From: Clostridiaceae bacterium BRH_c20a
Lineage (GTDB): Bacteria > Bacillota > Peptococcia > Peptococcales > BICA1-8
Reading direction: 5' to 3'
Assembly: GCA_000961765.1 (NCBI GenBank)
Contig: LADT01000019.1
Span: 7,110 to 71,109 of the forward strand
DNA: 64,000 bases
Shown here: positions 37,910-45,063 of the stretch, in pieces
How the letters are laid out: every line of letters begins with the position of its first letter
Numbering within the stretch: the first letter of the stretch is position 1
Position numbers and translations under genes: made by a program
Notes under the pieces: generated by a model
Database searches by the model: none
Told to the model about the DNA's origin: nothing
The model's input: only the letters and a program-made list of their open reading frames with translations

Positions 37910-37969
37910 TTGCAAATTCATAGAAAATGTCGTAAAATGGCATTATAGGTAAAACTACTCATCAGTGAG
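37910..37969 (+). promoter_or_regulatory. promoter plus conserved CTCATCAGTGAG box upstream of the permease
   Basis: TTGCAA-N17-TAAAAT with spacer ..AAATGTCG; CTCA-TCAG-TGAG inverted repeat 20 nt after the -10. Confidence 0.6.
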
Positions 37970-38027
37970 GAGGAGGGTAGCTGTTAACTGGGAATACCTT
38001 ACACATAAAAAATAAGGGGGTTTCAAT

Positions 38028-39419
38028 GTGGATACTCAAGTTACTTTAGGATCATTGCACTTTATTTATTTTTCAGTAGTAATTTTAGTTATTGGTGTTA
38101 TGGTAGCCAGAAGAGATACTGTGCTGCCCTGTATTATTGGTTTATTTGTTATTGGCCTTGCCGCCAAAGGTTCATTGGTGGGTGCAGTCCAGGTTATGTT
38201 TAATGCTTTAATGGCCGCCGGTGGAGAATTTTTAGGACTTATTGTTGTTATTTCCCTTGTAGTTGGAATGAGTAAAGCCATGGCTGATTCAGGAACCGAT
38301 TACCTTATTATGCGCCCTGCAGCCAAAATTATGGTTAATAGAAATATTGCCTTTTTCGTGACGGGTATTGCGATGCTTATTGTTTCTTGGTTTGTATGGC
38401 CTTCTCCTGCAGTTGCACTGATAGGTGCATTATTACTGCCTGTTGCTCTTAGAGCTGGTTTACCTGCTATTGGTGCGGCAGTTGCAATGAACATTTTTGG
38501 TCATGGAATTGGTTTATCCAGTGACTGGATTATCCAAGGTGCTCCTGGAATTACGGCAAGTGCAGCTGGCCTCGCCGATGCCACTAAGGTAACCTATCCA
38601 GGTGCTCCCCTTTACTTAGTTATGGCTGTTGTAACTGTTGCAGTTGCCTTCTATATGTTAAGAAAAGATTTAAATACAAATGCCCATCTTTATCAAACTG
38701 AACTGGCCGGTGCTACTAAGGATGATGAGAATGAAAAACGTAAATTTAGCACTAGTTCTTATATATTTGCCGTATTAATACCACTTGTTTTTGCCATCGA
38801 TGTGGTAGCAATGTTAATGTTAGACCTCAAAGGCGGAGATGCTACAGCTTTAATTGGTGGTACTGCCCTAGCAATAACAGCAGTTTTAGCTATAGCTCAG
38901 TTTAAAGGTGAATCTTTAGAGAAGGTTACTGACTATGTCCGAGACGGCTTTATGTTTGGTATCAAGATATTTGCCCCTGTTATTGTTATTGGTGCCTTCT
39001 TCTTCTTAGGTAGTGAAGGAACAGCAAAGGCAATACTTGGGGAAAATGCAACTGGACTGTTAACAGATTTAGGAAGCTATTTAGCTCAGAATGCTCCACT
39101 AAGTAAAGCGCCAGTGGCATTTATAACCATAATAATTGGCGGTATTACTGGTCTTGATGGATCCGGATTTTCCGGTTTGCCATTAGTGGGCTCTCTAGCT
39201 CAAACCTTTGGTACTGCTATCGATGGTAATGTAGGAGTTCTAGCTGCCCTTGGACAAATTAGTTCCGTTTGGGTAGGCGGAGGTACTATTATTCCTTGGG
39301 GCTTAATCCCTGTAGCTGCTATTTGTGGTGTTGAGCCTATGGAATTAGCCCGTCGAAACTTTATCCCGGTTATGATTGGTTTTCTAGTCACAACCATATT
39401 TGCAATCTTCTTAATCTAA
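38028..39419 (+). CDS. multi-pass permease (ion-transporter-superfamily-like), substrate unknown
   Basis: 463 aa, GTG start with SD AAGGGGG; about 12 hydrophobic segments and one central hydrophilic loop. Confidence 0.8.
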   Translation: MDTQVTLGSLHFIYFSVVILVIGVMVARRDTVLPCIIGLFVIGLAAKGSLVGAVQVMFNALMAAGGEFLGLIVVISLVVGMSKAMADSGTDYLIMRPAAKIMVNRNIAFFVTGIAMLIVSWFVWPSPAVALIGALLLPVALRAGLPAIGAAVAMNIFGHGIGLSSDWIIQGAPGITASAAGLADATKVTYPGAPLYLVMAVVTVAVAFYMLRKDLNTNAHLYQTELAGATKDDENEKRKFSTSSYIFAVLIPLVFAIDVVAMLMLDLKGGDATALIGGTALAITAVLAIAQFKGESLEKVTDYVRDGFMFGIKIFAPVIVIGAFFFLGSEGTAKAILGENATGLLTDLGSYLAQNAPLSKAPVAFITIIIGGITGLDGSGFSGLPLVGSLAQTFGTAIDGNVGVLAALGQISSVWVGGGTIIPWGLIPVAAICGVEPMELARRNFIPVMIGFLVTTIFAIFLI

Positions 39420-39482
39420 CTTCAGTTGCGATGACTTGATCAGTATTGTATAATTATCTTGTTTTAAATTTAAAAATTATTT

Positions 39483-40217
39483 ATGTGGAGAGTGGGTGTT
39501 TTGCAAACACCACGGGAAAGTCATAGATTTCATATTCTAGAAGTAATTGAAAAAAGTGAAGCGCCCTTAGGTGCCAACCAGATAAAAAAGGAACTGTCCA
39601 GTTTAGGGTTAAATATTAGTGAAGCAACTGTTGGCAGGGTTTTATTCGGTCTGGATCAGGAGACCCTAACTAAAAAAGAGGGCTTTAAAGGCAGGATTTT
39701 AACAGAACAAGGGCAAAATGCTTTACGGGAAATGCGTATTCAGCGGGAAAGAAAAGAATATGGTGAAGAGTTTTTTAAAGTTTTAGATAGTACCTCTGAA
39801 GCCGAATTAGTCGAGATTCTAGTTGCCAGGAGAGTTATTGAGAGTCAATTAGCTAGGATGGCAGCATTGCATATTACACCAGAAATTGCCCAGGAAATGC
39901 AAGATACCATCGATCGACAGGCAAAGTATAGTAAAAAGGGTATTGCGGCCGAATATGATGTCCAGTTTCATAAGCTTATTTCCCGGTCAGCAGGTAATAA
40001 AGTTCTTGATGCTATGCTGGATCTAATCAGGCAAGATGGGCAACTCACTCCTGCTTTAGAGTATATTCGCAAAAAGGTTAAAAGTAGTATAATTGTGGAC
40101 CATAAGAAGATTATGGAGGCCATTATTAATAAAGATCCTAATACCGCTGAAAAGGCAATGATTGAGCATATGGATAATTTAATTCGAGATGTAAATAAAT
40201 ACTGGGGTAAGATGTAA
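39483..40217 (+). CDS. winged-helix plus FCD (FadR C-terminal type) domain transcriptional regulator
   Basis: 244 aa; the C-terminal half (LVARRVIESQLARMAAL..FHKLISRSAGNKVL..DHKKIMEAI) fits the FCD domain; start may be TTG 39501. Confidence 0.7.
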   Translation: MWRVGVLQTPRESHRFHILEVIEKSEAPLGANQIKKELSSLGLNISEATVGRVLFGLDQETLTKKEGFKGRILTEQGQNALREMRIQRERKEYGEEFFKVLDSTSEAELVEILVARRVIESQLARMAALHITPEIAQEMQDTIDRQAKYSKKGIAAEYDVQFHKLISRSAGNKVLDAMLDLIRQDGQLTPALEYIRKKVKSSIIVDHKKIMEAIINKDPNTAEKAMIEHMDNLIRDVNKYWGKM

Positions 40218-40344
40218 GAACCCCGAGAAATGATTAGTGTCTAATTAAAAATTAAAGATTTATTTTTTAGAACCCTGCAGTTTTGCGGGGTTCTTTAGGT
40301 TTTAAAAAAATATGGTTTATTATAATTATTTTTGAAAATTATGA

Positions 40345-40403
40345 CTTGAAAAATGTTGGTAAATGTCATAAAATGATAGTAGAAAAATCTGCTCATCAGT
40401 GAG
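40345..40403 (+). promoter_or_regulatory. paralogous promoter plus CTCATCAGTGAG box upstream of the catabolic operon
   Basis: TTGAAA-N17-TAAAAT with spacer ..AAATGTCA; identical 12-nt CTCATCAGTGAG box 19 nt after the -10. Confidence 0.6.
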
Positions 40404-40424
40404 TAGCGAAATTGAGGTGTATAC

Positions 40425-40865
40425 ATGGTAGCAATAGATCCTTATAAAGCAGGAATGTTTAAAACTGATCCTTATGTGGTTAAAAGAAGTATAAAGGGTG
40501 AATTGGTAGTTGTTTTGGATGGTTATATGGAAAATAGAGGGCTTAAGCTTATCGCACCTATTTCCCGCTGTATTTTAAAAAATGAAATCCATGAATTGCT
40601 TTTTACCGATGAAATTGATGCAGGTCCAGGAATGAGCGTTGACAAAATTTCCTACCTAGGTTTTTTTGAAGTTGAACAGGGTAGTGTGATGGTGTCTGGT
40701 GATGAAGTATTCTTAAACAATCAACTTATCGGTCATATTGCCGGTTTTGATGAAACCCATATGCCAAATCATCTTAATATTATTATGAAGCGCCAAAATA
40801 GGTTAACGGGAGTAGAATTGGGTTGTAGTATTGGTGATACAATTACATTTCAAAAGCCTAAATAA
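40425..40865 (+). CDS. small protein of unknown function (faint glucitol-IIA-like beta-barrel pattern)
   Basis: 146 aa; GHIAGFDETHMPNHLNIIM..IGDTITF loosely recalls SrlB-type GHxTLxFDG..PG..L.F. Confidence 0.55.
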   Translation: MVAIDPYKAGMFKTDPYVVKRSIKGELVVVLDGYMENRGLKLIAPISRCILKNEIHELLFTDEIDAGPGMSVDKISYLGFFEVEQGSVMVSGDEVFLNNQLIGHIAGFDETHMPNHLNIIMKRQNRLTGVELGCSIGDTITFQKPK

Positions 40866-40966
40866 TAAAGTATATATTTTTTACTAGTTCATTGATAATA
40901 ATTATCGTTATCATTGTTCAGTATTTAAAAGTTGAATATTTAAATATTCTGAAAGGAGGTGTAATA

Positions 40967-41428
40967 GTGAGTTTTGAGGAACGAATTAAAGAATTGGGAC
41001 TTGAGTTGCCGGAAGCACCTAAACCGGTAGCAGCATATGTACCTGCTGTTTTAGTTGATAAATATATCTATACTTCTGGGCAAATTCCTTTTGTTAATGG
41101 TGAATTAAAGTTTAAAGGAAAAATAGGCCAAGAGCTAAACGAGCAAGAAGGATATGAAGCTGCAAAGGTTTGTGCTTTAAACTGTTTAAGTGTAATAAAA
41201 AGTGTTATAGGTGATTTAGACAAAATAGACCGGGTTATAAAAGTAAATGGCTTTGTAGCCAGTGCGGCAGGTTTTAATATGCAGCCTAAGGTAATAAATG
41301 GTGCATCAGAGTTAATAGGTCAAATATTTGGTGATCAAGGACAGCATGCCCGCGCAGCGGTAGGAGTAAATGAGCTGCCTTTAGATTCTGCCTGTGAGGT
41401 TGAGATGATAGTAAAGATTAAAGGTTAA
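40967..41428 (+). CDS. RidA/YjgF-family enamine/imine deaminase
   Basis: 154 aa from GTG 40967 (SD AAGGAGG 7 nt upstream); YTSGQIPF, ARAAVGVNELPLDSACEVEMIV. Confidence 0.85.
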   Translation: MSFEERIKELGLELPEAPKPVAAYVPAVLVDKYIYTSGQIPFVNGELKFKGKIGQELNEQEGYEAAKVCALNCLSVIKSVIGDLDKIDRVIKVNGFVASAAGFNMQPKVINGASELIGQIFGDQGQHARAAVGVNELPLDSACEVEMIVKIKG

Positions 41429-41590
41429 GGTTAAGGTTGAGGTTGAGATTAAGGTTGTCTATAGTCTATAGTCTATAGTCCATAGTCCATAGTCCATAGT
41501 CAGGACCACTAATAGTAATAAATAAATGATTAGTCACTAGCCACGGTACTGTAATTCACCAGTCACCAGTCACTAGTAACTAGTCACTAA
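41421..41590. repeat. composite array element upstream of the PLP gene
   Basis: AAGGTT-type hexamers x6 (41421-41456), GTCTATA x3 + GTCCATA x3 (41457-41498), TCACCAG TCACCAG TCACTAG TAACTAG TCACTAA (41556-41590). Confidence 0.95.
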
Positions 41591-41611
41591 AATAAAAGGA
41601 GGAAATGAAAA

Positions 41612-43072
41612 ATGAGTCCAAAATATAAATTTCAAATGTATAAAGAGCTGCATGCCAAAACTGGGGAGATATATGCCGATGCTGCTAAAGCTGCAGACGA
41701 AATAGGTATACCTAAAGATATTAGAGGAACTTTTGGTTTAACTGGTGCTATCTCAGGTTGTCCCGCACCTTTAAGAAGGGATATTTTAGAGGCAGGGGAA
41801 AAAGGTGCTGTTGAAGTAATACCTCTTGCTAAGTTAATGGACGAGATTAGGGAAGTTGTAAAAGATGTCTATGGCGATGAGTGGGAAGCTGCTGCTACAA
41901 GTACTTGTGAAGCTACTCTTTGGACTTCCTTTGATGCGTTGTTTACACCTCCCATGCAGGGCAGGGGTGATAATTACAGAGCCAGGTACATAGCTCCCTA
42001 TGAAAAGCATTTACATCACCAGGGTGGTTATGGTCGACCATTTCCCGGAAAATATAAGGATATGTTTGCTGACAGAGGCTCAACAGCTGGAGAACTAGGC
42101 TTCCACGGCAAAAGGCAAAATAATCTTGATGCGGTATTTGTTCCTTTAGAAGGAGCTAAATATGAAGTTCACGGTATTAAGCAGTGGCCAGTACCTTTGC
42201 TGTCTGAAGTTGATCCCGAAGCTTCCATTGAAAGTATTGCTTTACATGCGGAGATTCACGAAGCTATGCTTACAGGCTTCACCTCCTTAGGCTATCCATC
42301 CCCAGGTTATGGATATAGTGCTCAGGATGAAGAGGGTACTCCTTTACTGTGCAAATATATTGCTGAGTTAGCTCATTCCTACAATGTTCCTTATGTTATA
42401 GATAATGCTTGGGGATTGCCCTTTGTTGGTATTAATCCTGCTAAAATTGGCTGTGATGTAATTACATATAGTATGGATAAGGCTACAGGCGCTGCCACTA
42501 GCGGTTTGATTATTGGTAAAGAAGAACCAATGGTACAAATTCGCAGAGCTTTAGGCATGCATGGTGACCGTTGGGGAACCCCATCCTCCTATGGCAAAGC
42601 TGCTTATGTAACCTTTGACCCAGGTAAAGAGGCTCTCTTAACTCAGCTCCAGGCTCTGAAGGTATTAAGAGATACACCAGAAGTATTGACAAAACCCGTT
42701 GATGACCTATATGAAATAGTTGTAGAGGAATTTAACAATATTCCGGCGAAGTTTAAAGACGGAATTAAAATTACTAAGGTTTATAATTCTACTGCAATTG
42801 AAGTTAACTATGAAGGTACTTGGAAAAATGGACAAATGGGTATTCCTATTTTCTCTATTGAAGATATGTATTCAGGAACAAACCTCTTACAGACTGGTAT
42901 GACTAAATTCGGTGTTATACCAACAATTGCCTATGATGCAAACATCTATATTTCACCTGGTTTAGGTACCTGTGATGAAGAAGGACAGTTAATTCCTGAA
43001 AAGACTCGTTATGCTGTTAAAGCTTTAGTTAAGCTAATTGAAATAGTTTGCAAACATGCAGGAGTACTTTAA
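41612..43072 (+). CDS. SelA-like fold-type-I PLP-dependent enzyme
   Basis: 486 aa; VIDNAWG then ITYSMDKATGAATSGLIIGKEE (Lys290, nt 42479-42481) parallels the SelA SGDKLLGGPQAGIIVGKKE Schiff-base region. Confidence 0.7.
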   Translation: MSPKYKFQMYKELHAKTGEIYADAAKAADEIGIPKDIRGTFGLTGAISGCPAPLRRDILEAGEKGAVEVIPLAKLMDEIREVVKDVYGDEWEAAATSTCEATLWTSFDALFTPPMQGRGDNYRARYIAPYEKHLHHQGGYGRPFPGKYKDMFADRGSTAGELGFHGKRQNNLDAVFVPLEGAKYEVHGIKQWPVPLLSEVDPEASIESIALHAEIHEAMLTGFTSLGYPSPGYGYSAQDEEGTPLLCKYIAELAHSYNVPYVIDNAWGLPFVGINPAKIGCDVITYSMDKATGAATSGLIIGKEEPMVQIRRALGMHGDRWGTPSSYGKAAYVTFDPGKEALLTQLQALKVLRDTPEVLTKPVDDLYEIVVEEFNNIPAKFKDGIKITKVYNSTAIEVNYEGTWKNGQMGIPIFSIEDMYSGTNLLQTGMTKFGVIPTIAYDANIYISPGLGTCDEEGQLIPEKTRYAVKALVKLIEIVCKHAGVL

Positions 43073-43078
43073 TTAATA

Positions 43079-43281
43079 ACTGGTGACTAGTTGCTAGTTG
43101 CCAGTTGCTAGGTAAACATAGTGCTGCAGTGCTACAGGTAAACCTAGGTTGAGGATTTGCTTCGCTAGGCTAAGGTTTCGCTTCGCTAGGTTAAGGTTGA
43201 GAAAAAGGCTTTAATATTTATCTTTTTAACCTTAACCTTAACCTTAACCTTAACCTTATTTATAAATTTAACCTTAGCCTT
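43079..43281. repeat. composite array element downstream of the PLP gene (mirror order)
   Basis: ACTGGTG ACTAGTT GCTAGTT GCCAGTT GCTAGG (43079-43113, reverse orientation of the TCACYAG family); GCTTCGCTAGG + AAGG words; AACCTT x5 (43228-43257); AACCTTAGCCTT (43270-43281). Confidence 0.95.
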
Positions 43282-43356
43282 GGGGCAAGCTTGGGCACTG
43301 TCACACTTGCTCATTTAAATTAAGTTTTCAAAATATTTCCACAAGGAGGAGAAAAG

Positions 43357-44637
43357 ATGCCGAGAGTTGTGATTGTAGGTGGCGGTTGGTCCGGTGTTGC
43401 TGCTGGTCTAGCTGCTAGGAAAGCAGGTGCTGAAGTATTAGTTTTGGAAAGGGCAGATATGCTTTTAGGGACCGGCTTAGTCGGTGGAATAATGAGAAAT
43501 AATGGCCGTTTCGTGGCTACTGAAGAATCAATTGCTATGGGTGCCCATGAACTTTTTGATGCTACAGAAGAAACAGCTCGCCACAAAAACATGGAATTTC
43601 CGGGGCATAAACATGCTACTCTTTATGATGTAGCAAAAATAGAACCGGCTGTAAGAAAAAAACTTACTGAAGCTGGCGTGGAATTTAAACTTAAGCAAAG
43701 AGTAAAAGATGTAAAAATGAATGGTACTGCCATTACTGCTGTGATTGATGAACAAGGCAGAGAATATGAGGCAGATGTATTTGTTGAAACTACTGGTACT
43801 GCCGGACCTCAAGGTAACTGCTTGAAATACGGCAATGGTTGTGCTATGTGTATATTGCGCTGTCCAACCTTTGGTCCTAGAATTGCTTTAGCTACTAAGT
43901 GTGGAGTAGAAGAATTCATGGGCAAAAAGGCTGATGGTACCTTTGGAGCCATGAGTGGTTCCTGCAAATTGCATATGGAATCCCTTTCTGAAGAGATTCA
44001 AAAACAGCTGTACACTAAGGGTGTTGCAGTAGTGCCTATTCCTAGGGAGCTGCAAAAGGAAGGGGCCTTAGAGTCTAAAGCCTGCCAGCAGTATGCTTTA
44101 GCTGAATTTAAAGAAAATGTTATTCTTTTAGATACAGGTCATGCAAAATTAATGTCTCCTTATTATCCTTTGGATACTCTACGGAGAATTCCCGGTTTTG
44201 AAAACGCCCGTTATGAGGATCCTTATTCCGGCGGTATAGGTAATTCCATGCGTTATTTGGCGTTATCCCCACGGGATAATTTCCTGAAGACTAAAGGCTT
44301 AGATAATCTTTTCTGTGGTGGAGAAAAGGCTGGTCTCTTAGTAGGTCACACCGAGGCTATTGTTACCGGTAGCTTAGCCGGTCATAATGCAGTACGTTAT
44401 GCTTCAAAAAAAGAGTTAGTAGAGATTCCGACTTCTTTAGCTATTGGTGATGCTATTAATTATGTCAAAGAGCAAATGACCACGGAAGAAGGCCTTACTA
44501 AGAAATATACCTTCTCCGGTTCAGTATACTTTGAGCGCATGAGGGAGCTAGGTCTTTATACAACTGATGTGGATGCTATTCATAAGCGGGTAGCTGAAGC
44601 TGGTATGACTGGACTATATAACAAAAAAGTGAACTAA
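43357..44637 (+). CDS. FAD-dependent oxidoreductase, GidA/TrmFO-like
   Basis: 426 aa; VVIVGGGWSGVAAGLAARKAG dinucleotide fold; C-terminal FCGGEKAGLLVGHTEAIVTGSLAGHNA resembles the GidA-type AGQ..G..GY.EA..G..AG. Confidence 0.75.
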   Translation: MPRVVIVGGGWSGVAAGLAARKAGAEVLVLERADMLLGTGLVGGIMRNNGRFVATEESIAMGAHELFDATEETARHKNMEFPGHKHATLYDVAKIEPAVRKKLTEAGVEFKLKQRVKDVKMNGTAITAVIDEQGREYEADVFVETTGTAGPQGNCLKYGNGCAMCILRCPTFGPRIALATKCGVEEFMGKKADGTFGAMSGSCKLHMESLSEEIQKQLYTKGVAVVPIPRELQKEGALESKACQQYALAEFKENVILLDTGHAKLMSPYYPLDTLRRIPGFENARYEDPYSGGIGNSMRYLALSPRDNFLKTKGLDNLFCGGEKAGLLVGHTEAIVTGSLAGHNAVRYASKKELVEIPTSLAIGDAINYVKEQMTTEEGLTKKYTFSGSVYFERMRELGLYTTDVDAIHKRVAEAGMTGLYNKKVN

Positions 44638-44677
44638 TTGTAAAAAAAATTATAATCTGTAGGTACTGTAGCTACAG

Positions 44678-44705
44678 AAAGACCTGCGGAGCAGGTCTTT
44701 CTTAT
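44678..44705 (+). terminator. Rho-independent terminator
   Basis: AGACCTGC-GGA-GCAGGTCT followed by TTTCTT. Confidence 0.7.
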
Positions 44706-44763
44706 AATTAATAGGGACTTTATCTTAATTAAATTTTTAATATAAATTTCCGTTTTTAATTTA

Positions 44764-44800
44764 AACAAAATATTCTTATTCTTCCGTAGGATATTTTGTT
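44764..44800. promoter_or_regulatory. 10-bp perfect inverted repeat upstream of the mutase operon
   Basis: AACAAAATAT-N17-ATATTTTGTT ending 11 nt before ATG 44812. Confidence 0.5.
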
Positions 44801-44811
44801 CATATGGGGGT

Positions 44812-45063
44812 ATGACTGTGACTGATGCTTTAAAGAGAGTAATAGATGCTTTAGACGTAGAAACTTTCTTAGTCTGTGAGAGTGAAGAAGAGGGTAAAAA
44901 GTTAGCATTAGCTATGATGAAAAACCTGGGCTTTAAGGATGTAGATCTGGTATTTATTGAATTTATTGGTTCGGGAGCAAGAATTAGGGCTAGGGCCTAT
45001 ATGCACCGACCAGGGGATCAATATGGGTGGTTATTTGCTGAGGAGGTAAAAGGTAATGACTAA
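44812..45063 (+). CDS. 83-aa protein of unknown function, translationally coupled to the mutase
   Basis: ORF with SD TGGGGG; its stop overlaps the next start in ATGACTAA (8-nt overlap). Confidence 0.65.
   Translation: MTVTDALKRVIDALDVETFLVCESEEEGKKLALAMMKNLGFKDVDLVFIEFIGSGARIRARAYMHRPGDQYGWLFAEEVKGND

Noticed and set aside
40892-40966. N-terminal extension of RidA (MIIIIVIIVQYLK..)
   Set aside because: AT-rich leader translation; GTG 40967 follows AAGGAGG at ideal spacing and matches the RidA N-terminus.
43320-43812. Minus-strand ORFs of 90 and 94 aa
   Set aside because: Antisense to the FAD-oxidoreductase gene, which has a clear dinucleotide-binding motif.
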